A stretch of 52,613 bases of DNA from Bigelowiella natans CCMP2755 (Eukaryota > Protista > Cercozoa): the NCBI GenBank assembly GCA_000320545.1, contig ADNK01002652.1, positions 1 to 52,613 of the forward strand, given 5' to 3'. Positions within the stretch are counted from its first letter, which is position 1, and each line of letters starts with the position of its first letter. A program made the translations under genes and the position numbers. A model generated the notes under the pieces. The model saw nothing but the letters and a program-made list of their open reading frames with translations. It searched no databases and was not told the origin of the DNA. This document shows, piece by piece, positions 12,243 through 26,876 of this stretch.

Positions 12243-13758
12243 ATGCATCCGGCTTCCGAAAGAATACCACAGTCTTCCCATACGGTAATCGGAGTAATCG
12301 GTCCATTCATGTGGAAAGTATAACAAGTGGAAATAGCCATTGGTGTATAACGCGCTGAGTATTGTAACTCCTTAGTGTTCTCGGGGAGTCGCAATCGGAA
12401 AGCTACGAGGCAGCGCCACGACAAGGTTGTACTACAATTTACTAACCAACGCGATAGACAATTTTAAACCACCATTCAACGGAGATATCTATCGTAGGCT
12501 TGACTGGGGAGTCTCTCTCGCGAGCACTCTCGTCCGAGCAGTCTAAACTCATCAGTAAAAGTAGTCTTTGTCTCCAGTTCTCCACGTGATAACTGATACT
12601 AAATAAATATATATTTTCCAGCTCACGGTAATCCTCAATCTACCGAAATATCACTATGGGATAGAGTAGCACGCCTGAAAGGTAATCGTTGAATAATTAT
12701 GCGAATTTTTGAATTCTTTATTAAAGGTCAATTTGTTGCTATCTGCTACAGAGAATGAGCTCGCTGGTGAAGTGATAAAACGAGATAGAATGCTTCCCCC
12801 TATCAACACACAAGAAGCAGTAAAACAAGAAAGGACACTCCCTTCAGTCAGTAAGAGGAAATTTGAGACTTTCAGTAAATCGTCATCACTGGTTCATTCG
12901 ATGCAGCGTGACGTTCGGCCGAGGTTCAACTACTAAATAGATTAGTTGTAGCCTAACCCAACTTAATTTACATGAGTTTTTTTAACTACTTCATGCTCAT
13001 TTATAACTTTTTCAGGGTATCTGATTTTGGTTCTTCCCGTGTAATCCGTCAACCAGACGAGTATGAATCGTTGTTTATGAGGCTGAAGGACGCTTCAAAC
13101 CCTTCTGTTCCACCACTAAGCCCTCAACGATTTCGATCTCAACTACTACCTTCTTCCAGAATATATGAAGGCGCAAATATAGTATCTTCTACACCTTCAT
13201 TGTTTCGAACACAAGGTACTGTGCGTGCTGAACCTAGAATTCCGACGCCATCTCCGCCTCAAAGACGCTTTCGAACTTACAAGACATATGTGTAATTTTC
13301 CCATTTACTAACTACTGTAGTTATGGTTGTGGTACGGTGCTTACTCTTTTTGCTTATATAGATGTGAACACTGTGGCAAGACTTTCACCCGGAAACACGG
13401 GTTTCCTAAAAAAATTATAAATGATTTCTTAACATAAAAATTCCTCAAACCTATATTGATGGCATCTCACAGATATATTCGTTACTTACGGGTTCATACG
13501 GACGAGCGCCCTTATAATTGCAGTAATTACTGAAAATTTAGATCTTGAATTATGAATACGCTGAAGATCTACGATGTTGCATATTTAGCTCTTTGTAATA
13601 AAAGCTTCAAACAGATGTCTCACCTTAAGGTATGTCTATACTGAACCTTATTTAGCCATCCTGATTAAAATGGAACTACTTAGGGACATATCACATCCAT
13701 ACATTCATCACCGAAGGAAAAAGGCTCTGAAGCTACAAGTTCGAGTCATATACCATGA
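12243..13758 (+). CDS. C2H2 zinc-finger protein (two C-terminal fingers), start uncertain
   Basis: Exons 13362-13400, 13473-13522, ~13589-13630 and ~13684-13758 give [52 protein letters not shown] with a TDERPY linker. Upstream Ser/Pro-rich exons (~12377-13291) join through short AT-rich GT-AG introns. Confidence 0.82.
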
Positions 13759-14189
13759 CGATTGAAGCAGTATGTTCTTGTCATATTGAATTAAAAAAGC
13801 AAATTCAAATGTCATTATGAAATACGTTTGAATTCATGCCTTATTCAGCAGAACATAACTGATTAAGGATGTGAAAACACTAAAAGTAAATTTTTGGAGA
13901 TGCCTAAAATTTTGGCAGAAATCAGTAGTTTCAGTCATATTTAATATGAGAGTTTCCATTAATGCCTTTCAGATTAAATGCAATCAGTTGACTTAACAGC
14001 TTTGATAACCTTACGATAAATTAAATTGGTTTAGAGTATTAGTTAGTAGATGGTTAACATCGATACTTTCCCAATAAGGTTATTTTACAACCACCAAGTT
14101 TTATAGATGTGTCAATTCGGCTATATCGAAGGGGAATCCAAACAATAATACGCTTCAAGTATTGGCTGTGCGCCATGTCCTACTTCTTT

Positions 14190-14720
14190 CCGATTGAGTC
14201 TCACATTGTGATAATTAGCTTCAACAATGCTGGCCTGTGCCACATGGTTAGCTCACATCTTTAGATCTAGACATTTCTAACGAGTTATTGTGTACGATTG
14301 ATCATGCTTATTTGTCAGTCTACCAGCATCCTATTACTAAATTAGTGGTCGCTATGCCTTTTAAAAAATGTACGCAGCAATGCTAGAATGTAGCATGCTT
14401 GGTCTAGCGGTGCATGCGTTCCACAGTTGAACATGACGTGTCATACCTAACAATGACAATGCAACGCACAGCTTTGCCGCACTGTAGCTATGCTGAACAC
14501 AATACGCATCCAAAGACATTAATGCAACCACACATGCAACTTCAACAAACGCGTCTCCTTGTTCATGTGAAGCTGTAGCTTGGTCTGTGGACAACTCTAG
14601 AACTGTCTAGCTGTGTGGTGAAATCATTTTTCTGCTGCGCCGCCGCCGTGCATGATGAGTTCTGGCGGTCATCACTTAGCTAGGCAGATCACTGTTACAT
14701 GAGTACGGAAATTGTGATTG
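14190..14720. other. Palindrome-rich 3' zone between the convergent C2H2 and RANBP9-like genes
   Basis: tctaga, gctag, gcatgc, tgcatgc, tagcta recur. Confidence 0.55.
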
Positions 14721-14947
14721 ATTGGTACGCTGCGGACATAAGTGCAAATGGACCGCGTTAGCACTGACTGCAACATGCGTCACTTTCCATCCAGCAACAC
14801 TATCTGCTTTTATTTTTGCACGCACGCCCAGCAGCAATACATTGATGATTGATTAATCGTAGAAGTGCTTTACTGATGAGAAATATTTACACAACAGCAG
14901 TGACGCTTATAGCCAAGATTAATTCAGAACTAAATGTGAATTAGATG

Positions 14948-15076
14948 CTAAATCTCTCCCGCTATTATCGCTTGGGTCGCCTGAGTTATAGCAAACAGAG
15001 ATGTTGAGAAGAAGAAGTATGAGAGAAAAATGGATACATAGAGAAAGAAAGAGTGAGAGTGAGGGAGTGAGTGAGT

Positions 15077-15122
<46 letters not shown>

Positions 15123-17211
15123 CAGAAATAGCGTTGCCTTTTTCATCGTTACCGTGAGCTGCTGAAATAGTCGTTCTAAACGTGAGATGCGAGAGATTCC
15201 CAGATGTCCCATTATTTCGGAATTAACCTAATCGCACAAACACATAAACACAAACGCGTTCATCCATTTTTAGCATACAATACACATTGATTAAACAAAT
15301 TCACAGCAGCCCTTAAATCTAATCGCCACACAAACTAATGCAACGCCGTCCAACTCTCAGATGAGGTCGCTGGCATTTGCTCTTGCTATTATTACTACCT
15401 CAATCCCTGTATCACAACCAAAAAATGTATTTGTTCCTCGTCACCTCGGAGGAGAATTGGCTACCATTGATTACCAGTTCGGCAAGCTCACTTCGATGTT
15501 TTTCGTCTAAAAGATGACTTGCGGGGGAGGCAGACACGTCGTCGTAGGCGATTAGTCCCATGGCTGAGAGTAACCTAAGTAATGAATAAGAATCTCCGTT
15601 TTAAATATAGGTGATGGTGCTGGAAAACCACCCTAATTATTAGGTAACAACAATTGAATGATTTCGGTTCTTTTGCTGTCTTTTTGGTTCCCTCTTTGCA
15701 ACGAATGCCACATCGGCGAAACGCAGAATATCAATGCAGGCGGTGTACTCAATGTATATCTCTTACGTGCTCATATCGAAAGATCATATCGTGGATTCAA
15801 AAACTAATAGCATTCTTCCACACTTCGCACAACGATGTTTCTGCATTGTGGGGATGAGGGAAACAAATATGCTATTGGGCAGCTCATCGAGCATATCTCC
15901 TCCCCAAGTTTGTACCTTTCGTTCTCCAGTACCGGCAGCTCGTTGCCGTGAGAAGCCAATTCCTTCCGAGCGAATTTAAGCGCTCCTTCGACGTCGCTAA
16001 AAATTAAATAAAACCAGGAATCAGAGATGATATTTTCACGAAAATAAATATATTCATACATATTATAATATTTTTACGATATACCCCCACTCGATGCCAT
16101 ATTTACATCTTCACTGACATCAATTACTACTACTTCTCTTCCTACCGATTGCGCATTAGCTCCAGAAAATGCTGCAAATCCAAATTGAAAGAAAACGAAG
16201 AAAACGTCCTGATGAAAAAGCATTGGTTGGCACTTACACAGTAATGGGAACCCATCATCATCGAGGGACATCACCCCGAAAGTAAATCACAACTCGCAAA
16301 AAGACAGAAGAATCGCGTTGTTCCGAGACAGAGCGGAATTTCATATCGAAGTACGAAATTTCAACGCGTTTCCGCCGCGCTCTCGACATAAAATTCTGCT
16401 GTTGTAGAATGTCACTATTGCAGACAACGTGTGTCAATTTCTGGAGGGCCGCTTTGCTCGATACGTCTCATATATAATGCCTCACGGTAGTGGATTCTCC
16501 AGCCAATAACAGCACCCACAATATTGCCTACTTGTTAACTCATTTTGCTAGCGTATCTTCACTAATTGTCTGCGTATTAAACGAACGACAACGAAAATAA
16601 ACCCACCCGTTTTGGCGGAAAATGCCAGGGAAACAGTCCTCTATAAGCGCCTTTGCTGCGGGGATGTTTCCTTCTAGAATCAAGTTGCGGACCTGGTGAT
16701 GAGGAAGAAAAGATATCTATATTTCTGATCGGCGGCAGCTATATGTAGCCATCTTCTTTCCGCGGTACAGCATCGCATACTTGTGATTAATTTCTCCTTA
16801 TTATTATTACCTTTAATCGTTCTTCGATCCGCGCTTCACTTGAGGGAGGGTCAGAGTCGTTTTTACCACTAATATCTCTCTTACAACTACGGTGTTTACC
16901 ATCCTTGCCCCCCATCACGCCCCCCCCCCATAGTTCCTTTTCATCCTCGTCGTCCTCTTCCTCCATCGGTATGCACATAACCCCTAGGTAGCAGCAGCAG
17001 GACAATCAGCATCGCTAATTCATATACTAATTCGTTGCGATAAACTTTCGAAAGTCATTTGAGAAACCCAAACCTACCTCGACGCTGTTTCTTTCTCGAC
17101 TTCTTTTTCTTCTTCTTCTTCTTTTTCTTCTTCTTCCCCTCGGTAGTTGACGGCAATAAGAAAGATCCCTGTACACGTTCATGCACGCGTCAATATGTGA
17201 GTGAGTGAGAG

Positions 17212-17256
<45 letters not shown>

Positions 17257-17493
17257 GTTGAGAGTAGCTAACGACATTAAGTTCTCTTATCGGTGTTATC
17301 TGAGCGTAACATGCCAACTATGATCCATTAACTTGCAACGCTTCCTAACGAATGATTGGCAAAAACGATGATTTTCCCGACCTCTTCGTCTTCCCCTTGC
17401 TCCTCCATTGAGGAGCCTGCTTCTTCTCCGACTGAGTGTCTCTTCTTACGATTGCTAGGGATATCCGCACAAAGACAGAGCATAAAACGCCAA

Positions 17494-17533
<40 letters not shown>

Positions 17534-18245
17534 TCCGCGCGCGCGTACGTTGCTATACCACCAACTCTCCATACTCTTACAGGTTGACCTAGTAGACGAC
17601 GATGATGGCGTCGAGGAGGAGGATGAATGCCCTGGAGGAGTTACGCCGCGCTTTGAAGACGTATTGCTACTACTACTAACAACACTCGCGACGACTACTT
17701 GCCCGTGGACTCTCCCCAACCTGGTACTGCCTGCAGTGGCCTCCCCCTTCCCCCCCCCCCCCTCCTTCTTCCCCCCCTCCACCGCCTCCTCTTGTGAGCA
17801 TGTTTTCATATCATTGGACGAGGATTCACAATCGCCCTTGCCGCCAGCTACGGTTTCCTTGAGCGGCTTTTTCAGCTGTTTTGCATCTGCTGAGCGTTAC
17901 GATTTCACGTGTTAGGAGGAGAGGGTCACGGGGTGGATTGAGGATGGGGGTTTATAGGCGACGATTGTGTTCTCAAGTGAATGTGTGTGGGGGATGCAGT
18001 GGGGCAGGTAGAGGGCCAAACGAGGAAGGAAGCTCCTTCTCATTACCAGTCGTTAGCTGTGGCAAAGATGAGGACAGCTTTTGCTTCTGTCGTGTCTGCG
18101 TGTGCTCGTACACATGGTCAAAGGCCTACGATATCAACAAATAATAACAACCAATTTAAGAAACTATCTCAAAACAATAGAAATCTAGTTTCACTGGGTT
18201 TTACTGCGTCACAGGCAGCTGAAGTCCCAACATAGACGGAAAATG

Positions 18246-18283
<38 letters not shown>

Positions 18284-18479
18284 GTAGAGAATTGAAACAA
18301 TAGAATTTAGAAGCGAGGGCGAACCTTAAGAGTACTCAAATAGCCGCAATGAGCAAGATATCTGACGGAAACAGCAACAACAACGCACAAGCAGCGAAAT
18401 GTATCACTTTTACGGAAAGCGCTATTTGTTTGATTCCTCAGAAGTTTCAAAACAATGATATATTTGAAATTTGACTGTT

Positions 18480-18522
<43 letters not shown>

Positions 18523-18702
18523 CGCTCGCTCGCTCGCTTTCCTCTCTCTATCTGTCTATCTCTCACTGCTCTACAGTACTCGCGAATGAGGGGCTGTATG
18601 CAAGATTCGTCCACCGGCGTTTTTTCGATTAACTCCTCCTCTTTTGCCTGTGTGCGGCAGTTGTAATTATAGTAGTAGCAGTAGTAGTAGTGGTAGGGAG
18701 AG

Positions 18703-18736
<34 letters not shown>

Positions 18737-19146
18737 CAGGCAGGTAACAGTGCGTGACTTAGATCATTTATTAGAGCGAGTGGGGTACGGAAGGGGCAAG
18801 TAAGAGAAGAGAGACAAAAGAAGACAGATGAGAGGTAGATAGAAAGGATGAGGAAGGATTCATATACGATGCATGCAGACATGCACACGCGCATACGCAC
18901 AGCCCCCACCTTTTCTTTCAGCTTATAGGCGTTTATATCGAACATAAATGGGGAGGACCCCAGGTTGCATCTTACCATCTACGGGTGCATCAGCATTTCA
19001 TATGAATTCCGTAACAATAACAAATACAGACGACGATGACGACGATAACGACACAGACATCCAGATACAGAGCGAGAACTCTGGTGACTAAATCACGCGC
19101 GATGCAGCCATGTGGATGGCCTGCGCGCAGAGGCATGTATATACCA

Positions 19147-19207
<61 letters not shown>

Positions 19208-19229
19208 ATAAACCGTTTATCTGCAGATT

Positions 19230-19261
<32 letters not shown>

Positions 19262-21710
19262 TATCACCGCCACCATCACCATCGTCCTCTTCATCGTTCT
19301 CTTCCTCCTCCTCCTCCCCCTCCCCCCCTTCCTCAAGCTGACCTCATCCGGACTATGTAAGCTGATGGTGGGGTACAATAACATGCCACCTCGCAATTCC
19401 TGAGGCAGACAAGGCATGATGCCGCAGAGGTGTAGAAGAGTCAATCGCATTGGCACAGAGGAAAGCGACTTTGATGTTAACGAGGTGCTGCTGCTGCTGC
19501 TGCTGGGCATTGCGAGAGAACATGCGGATTCCCAATTGCGGATTCCCTATTGCGGAACGTCTCCACGAAGAGAAGAATACCAAAAACACTGTCGGAATAA
19601 GAACGAAACGGAGAAACCAACCACCTGAAGGGCATTTTCAATGAAGCAGCCGTTTCGTGTATAGAAGATCGACATTGTGTGAGCGCTGTGCGAGGGGGGA
19701 AAGGAGAGGGGGGAGGTGGGGAGGGATAGTAGAGTGTGAGGCGGCATTGTTTTCTCGGTTGAAGCAAGGCTTGAATCGCACGTGGACGCTCAACTGTGCA
19801 GGGTGTGGTATCGGGCACATCTCATTGTTTCTTCATAATAATAAAACGAAGAAGCAATTGGAAAAAGCGAGTGCTCTCTTTTCGCAAGGAAATTCAAAAA
19901 TTTAAAGTCAATAATAAACACATAAAATATATGTGTGTATACATGTCTGTGTGCAATCAAGAAGGCAAGAAGGGGTCACTTTACTTACTTAAATCCACAT
20001 CCTATGACGTCGTTGGCCTTAAGTGGCGTGTGCGTCGATTTATCTGCTTTATGGCCAAGTGGGTCAATAACACAGCAGTACACAAACAACACAGAGACCA
20101 AAGAAGACATCGTCGGAATTGCTCGGAGAGCATAGATGGGCGCGCACGCATAAGATTAAATTTCAATAGATTATAAGTTCTCCGTAATGCGGCTCACCCA
20201 TCAAGGTAACTTTGGATCCACAGGCGTATTTCTGGCCATTATCGCATCGGTAACCCCATGATCGCTGACATGCGTGTGCGTGTGTGAGGTTTTTTTTATT
20301 AATTTTGAAGGGGAGGGAGGGGGGAGGAGTAACGGGGAGGATGAACATGCGTGTTAATGAAGACTGTATAGAACTATTATTTCCTCTTTTAATACTATAT
20401 GCTTCCTTATCGGGATTAGTTGATTTATCCAATTCGCATATACTTGCGTATCGTGTATTTGCGTGTGTGAGTGTTTTACCGCATGTGTCCCAACTTGCTT
20501 CGACAGATCGAACTCAGCAGTACTAAATCCAATGGCGATATTTCCTAATCGTGGGAGAAAGAGAAAGACACCTTCTATAACGAATTTCTTTGAACATTTG
20601 CGTGTAGACGCACGCAGGGAAGCTGCTTCTGGAGAAAATGAGACAGGAGAGTCATCTGACCTTTTTTCCCTGCGTTTTTTATACAAACTTCGAAATAGTA
20701 CACACTTTCTGCCTAAAATAATTGAGAATAATTACTTTCAACATACCCAAGCTCTCTCTCTCCCTCCATGGCAAAAGGTAAAATCTTACCATGGGTACAT
20801 GCAGATCTGTGCGAACTGAGCCGTGGTCTTCGGAGTGATTCCCCGCGCCTATGTACCTCGCAGTCACTTTATCCTTCCATATCTGCGACAATAATATACA
20901 AAACAGCTATTATTATTATCGCCACTAACAAAAACAGGACGAATAAGTAATTGTTTATTAAAAGAAGAAGAGGATGTAGCATTAAGGAGATGCTGGGCGA
21001 TGTGGATTCCCATCGATTGCTAAGTATAATCCTAGGCATTACAACAGCTAGCCAAACCCCGCTTCCCAACTTATAGGTAATTGCTCTACAAAGCAATACA
21101 ATTACCAACAGCCGGCCTCCCAAATGCAACGGCTATTCGTGAAACCAAAAAAGATGAAGGGGACGAAATTTTAAGGATGAAAGGAATGACGTGGCTCCTA
21201 ACCTCAATGGTGTATGGCAAGACCCTGGTATCTAGTTGCTTTGGAAATCCGTCAGGGATTATTATGTTCTCCGCCCCTGAATCTTTACATGCAGCAACCA
21301 TCGTCGATTCTCGACGATAGCTTCCAGTCTTTATGTCCTCCTTGTCCGCTTCATCCTATGTGCCAGCACGTAACGTTACCAATACATATTTCCAACGGAG
21401 GACTTGTCGAAATTGTTAGTATTACGATTACGAAGAAACTGGAAACTAGAAAACTTTCAGAAGCAGCCTGTACTCGATCCGTTCGAGACACAATGTTATG
21501 TACTCCGTTAACGCTAATTCCCTCAAAACATCTCACCTGTTTTTCCTGCTTAACGACCTCCATCGAAGTTTCTCCGTGTTGAATATATTCCTTCTCGTCC
21601 TTACCCTCTTCTATCATCGTCTTGGTAGCTGTGCGGCGCCTTTCAGTGGGGGCGAAAGAGTACACTAGGCTCCTACCTCCCGAACGATAACTTAAAGAAT
21701 GCAGATCCAT
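14948..21710 (-). CDS. RANBP9: Ran-binding protein 9/10 (RanBPM/GID1-like), SPRY-LisH-CTLH-CRA scaffold of the CTLH E3 ligase
   Basis: SPRY: ARYIGAGNHSEDHGSVRTD, VYYFEVCI, NIAIGFS, SWGYRCDNG, DVIGCGFN, IFYTRNG, LYPTISLHSPDE, CNLGSSPFMFDI. LisH: LIREYLAHCGYLST. CTLH: VRNLILEGNIPAAKALIEDCFPG, HFLELMR. CRA: ALKFARKEL, AMGLIAYDDVSASPASHLLDEKHRSELAELVNSEIM. TAG at 14948-14950. Confidence 0.92.
19149..19334. repeat. Compound intronic microsatellite (CA)n(TA)n...(TCA)n...(CCT)n
   Basis: Directly visible in a RANBP9-like intron. Confidence 0.95.
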
Positions 21711-22132
21711 GTTTGATGTTTCGGAAAGTAAGAATTCCTAATATATAGTCCATTTTTGTAGAGAGACAACAAAATCGAAATAAAATCTTTAGAAGTTACG
21801 GGTAAATTTCATCCCATCAACAGATCATTATCCTAATTTTTTCGAAACCCTTCGTGCGAATACGACTCTTCTGTGAAATAGGCTCTAGTTTTAGCCAGCG
21901 ACAACGATATAAATGCCTAAACGGAAATAGTTTCGAAACAGAGGGGATTCCATCGATCTCTCGTGGAAAAATGCCAACTTGCGGTGCTCGAGGCTCGTAT
22001 TGCAGAGAGTGCTTCTAAGATCTCAGGAAAACGAAGAACTTCAAAGAAAGCCATGCTTTTTATAAATGCGACAATAAAATAATCCAACTTTATATGAAAA
22101 AACGGATATACTCCAACGTTAAAATCAGGAAG
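21711..22132. promoter_or_regulatory. Probable bidirectional promoter between the RANBP9-like and RhoGEF genes
   Basis: About 420 bp between two divergent ATGs (21710 on minus, 22133 on plus); AT-rich and free of microsatellites. Function is inferred from position only. Confidence 0.55.
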
Positions 22133-23368
22133 ATGTCACGCCCCCCCCCTCTCCCAAAGAGACCTCTCCCTCCCCTGCCGCCTCGCGGGAATCAGCCCCC
22201 CTCAAAACCACCGCCTATTCCACCGAGGTCAGGGCGGTCTTCATCCGTGATTCTGTGGCTTTGATGCCAACTGCAACTTCTTCCATGAAGAAAGGACTAG
22301 ACACTCAAATCAGAAAAGAACGAGTTAATTCCTCCGCCACAGTATTATCATCATTATCGTCGTCGTCATGGGGAAAGGCAGGATACTCCAGTAGCAACAT
22401 GTCCATAGAAACTCTTGATAGCAACACAGCCACAAGTGCAGAGAATTGGTAGGCCATTTCGGCTTTGTTTACTACACATTTTCAGTGCTTTCTAAGTAAG
22501 AACATTATGACAATCGGCATCATGTAAGACTCGCATCACAGGTCAAAAGCAGCGGTGGATGAGAAGACGGCAAAACATCAACGAATGCGGCGGAAAATTG
22601 CGGATGAACTGTTGGCTACAGAAAGAACGTAAGAGCCTTCATCATCAACTTTCACACACAGATATTTCTCACACTCCACGCATGTATGGTGTGCACTTAT
22701 GTACGTGTAATCGAAGGATACCGCAGAGCGAAAACGAACAAATATGCTTCGAATTGATCTAATTGTTTGTTTAGCTGCTTCTACTCAATCTAAGTATGCG
22801 TAATTTGGCATATGTTTACATGTACAAATAGATACGTGAAATGGCTGGATATCATTTGTGATAAATTCTACGTGCCATTGAAGGAGAGGGTTAGAGGCAG
22901 TAAGAAAGTTCTCTCCCGCAGAGAAATGGACCTCATATTTTCGGATATCGCGCTCATTCGCAACCTAAATAAGAATTTTCTCTCGGTAGGTACCTACCCG
23001 TGATCTCTATCCTCTAGATATAGCATAATGCGTGCAACCTCTTTCGGCAATTATGTACTTCATCGAGCCTAAGAGAATAATACCAAAGAGATAGTCGGAG
23101 GGAAGGCGAGAATACGCTTGCAACGCATAGTCATATAATTCCGACTGCCCTCCTCCTCTCTCTCCTTTTCACACGACGCAGGATTTGGAAAAGAGAATGG
23201 TGCACTACGGACCGTCGACGAGACTAGGAGATATTCTTATAGCATTCACACCGCATTTTAAGGTAAGAAGGAGAAGGAGAATAAAACGAGTAGAATTCCA
23301 CCAAATGAAGAAGTACTAATGGACCTGAATAGTTTCGCCATAGCATTGCACCGAAGAGGCATTCTGTC

Positions 23369-23417
<49 letters not shown>

Positions 23418-24204
23418 ATATATATATTCTCAGCACTACCATCCTTGAACCATCACCGCAGATGTACCGACAGTTTGTGGAGAATGCGGAGAACGCGAAA
23501 ACCAAAAAGATAATGGCGAAACTAGAGGCGAAGAGCAGGACAAACAAGGTGGCAAACCTATCGTCTCCCCGTGAAGCTTAAAACCACCCACCGTGATTGC
23601 AAACTGCGATGAGCGCTTCCTGTGACCTTCATATATTTCTCAGGAATTTGGACTTGGTCACCAGGTGATTGTTGGCCAGGTGGAGACTTCGTTATTAGGA
23701 TGAAGTCGTTGTTGGCTATGGGTGCGGTGGTGGGGAGCTTGAATGTTATCACGGCCAAACTAGAGGGGGAAAGGGATCATTATTGCCTTGGATTTGACTT
23801 CCCCCTCCCACCCCCACCCATCTACTAGAGCAGTATAAATTATGGTTTTCAATGTCTCCTCCGTTTCCAATCTCAATATTGGAATTTTGAGAAACATATC
23901 TTGATTGTGCTGGTTACCAATATAAGTGCTATTTTAGATGCCTTCTTCGCACCCCTCTTCAAACCTTATTCCTCCATATACCCCCTCCCCCAAATATAGG
24001 CGATTCACCCGTTTGCACGGTTTTGCGAGGAGGTGTGTGCGCGTGAAGGGTGTTTACCATTCGCTGCGCTTCTTATTGCCCCCGTACAGGTAGCAGCCAA
24101 GTAGTATCATTTTACCACGTAAATAAAGCAATATTTAGAGTTAGTTTGCATCGAGAAGATCCTATGAAGGAATAACATAGAGCTCGATATATGTTCTTCG
24201 TCGC

Positions 24205-24252
<48 letters not shown>

Positions 24253-24290
24253 ATATATTGTATATTTATATATAGTTTGTTGTTTTCTAA

Positions 24291-24329
<39 letters not shown>

Positions 24330-24996
24330 GCGCATTCCTCGATACGGGCTATTGATTAATGAGTACATCAAATACACTGATCATCGCCACCCGGACTACT
24401 ACGACTTAAGCACTTCGCTCAGGAAAATGAAAGAGATTGCAACGTGAGCAGCAGCAGCAGCAGGAGGAGGAGGAGGAGGAGGAGGCGAGAGATAAATCAT
24501 CTATTCTCTATTCTCGAGAAAACCAAGAGCTTTAAATCGTTGATATCCTATATTAAATAATGCGATGTTAGGCCCTCATCGAAAAATACAACGCCAGGGT
24601 TTCGATTGGCGCGCTGCAATTGCATTTAACATAATCGACAGCTCATTGTTTCTTCCCTTAGGTTCGTGAATGATTCAGTCCGCAAATCGCAAAATCGGGC
24701 CAAGATTATGCAAATTAAGTCTCGGTTTTTGCGAGATCCTGGTACTGAATGTATTAAATCATCACGAACTAGGGAATCCAAAGTCGCAACAGGGAGGCGT
24801 GTACACGATGCACATACACAAACCCACACACATTCACGTGCACATATACGCTTACACGCATACATGAAGATTTATAGGAAGATTATATATAATTCAAAGG
24901 TTTTGTGTCACCGAGCCGTCTTTTAATCCATGAAGGAACGTTGATGAAGAAGGTGTGGAAGATATTTGGCTCAATTGTTTTGATAATCGCCTAAAT

Positions 24997-25029
<33 letters not shown>

Positions 25030-25648
25030 ATTGATTAAGCTTTATAGATACCTGATCTCTGCTCATTGCTTACTGTTGGTGGTAGGTTTATGGTGAGGAC
25101 AAAGAGTGCTGGATGCTTCTATTTAATGATATGTTAGCGATTACAAAGAAGGTACACCACATCCCATCAAATGAATGCCATCAGCACTTACTTCTCAATA
25201 TCAAAATTAGTCCCCTTACATGATAGGTACACCAGCTTTTTGATGTGTAGTAGTTACGATGAGAAGAGTCATTTCGTTTTTAATCGTTAGAGGAGGGTAT
25301 CCACAACCGAGCAATGCCTATTATCTCCTCATACATGATCGTTTATTGTATGTTCGAGTCCTCTCACTATTTCTCCCCAAGAATCTAAGTAGTTGTGATC
25401 AAACACCATAGAATGGATGCAAAACACGAATATGCATGTGCGTTGTATGTTAGCATTTTATGAAATGGAGATGAGTCTATATTCCAAATTTTGCCTTCCT
25501 AACTGTTCAAATGCAGCTACTGCCGTTTGGCCGGTTTTCTGTCGTGAAAAAGATCCCCGTAGATGCTACTTTCGAGCTCAGAGATGTTGATAGGTCAACA
25601 TCACTAGCCCGATATGATTTTATTCAAAATCGGAACCTTCCAAATATA

Positions 25649-25691
<43 letters not shown>

Positions 25692-26842
25692 TATATTATT
25701 AATATATCATTTCTGTATATATTATTTATCTGTCGATAATTGTGTTGGGCTGTAGTCGTTCTCCTAACCGTACCAATTAATGCTATGTGCATGTCAGTGA
25801 CGACTTCGGGGTAGAGGAGCACTCCTTCCAAATAATTAATTCCGTGGAATCTATTCAAGTACGCATCACCAAAACCATACTGAACGAGTTTACCAAGAAT
25901 GTGCATTTTTTTAAAACAAATTAAGATGGTGAAGTGATTTAATGGCGACGGCGCCGATTATTGTCCTCCTTCCACTCAACTGTGCTGCTATGCGAGAACA
26001 AAGTTTGCTGTATTTTGTAGAATAATACAGGCCGCCATAGAAGTTACACTAGCTAGATGTAGGATGGTTGAGCTTCTGAAGACATTTTAACTACCTCCCT
26101 GTGCATGGTGGCGCTTATCACGCAGGTTTATGCAAAAACGAATGCCGAGAAGGAGATGTGGTTTGCTGCGGGCAGAAGAGTGATTGAGGGCTATCAACAC
26201 GTAAGCGAAGAAGGACGTCACGATTGAAAATATACCAATGATGATTTTGTCCCTGAAACAGAGATTATAACAACGTACGAGTTGTCTGCTTTTGTATATT
26301 TGTGTAATCCTTAGCGAACCCTCACACTCCATCGTTTGAATAGGCACGACAGTGGCAGCGCGCCTAACGATTCGTCATTTTCTATCCATCTCAGACGCGC
26401 ACGAAATCGCTCAGGAATGATATGAATACCGCAATGGCGGTCCTTCAAACCGAAAGGCTGGGGTCGTGTCAAAGGTGTGATATGTGCACAGATATAAACA
26501 CATAGTTGATGAAACTGAGATGTCATCGATCTGGTGTAGTTTGCTTTACTTAAGCATTTGCACACGCACAATCAGACAACGAAGAAAGGATGGTTTGCCG
26601 TGTGGGAATCGATTTGGGATTTTCAAGAGAAGGTATTTCTTGTGCTGTATCCTGTCGACTGTTGCGGCTTCACGACATGAACGTGTTGGTTTGCCCGTAG
26701 CAAAATAAGGGGTGTTTCACTTATCGAATGATTGTGGAAGTTAGATGTGAAGATGTGAAATGAAAAACAGTTATCCACCACCTGCTCCACGCATATGTTT
26801 TTGTCTCGCTGCTTGTATCTGAAACTTTGTGTGTGTTTGCGT

Positions 26843-26876
<34 letters not shown>

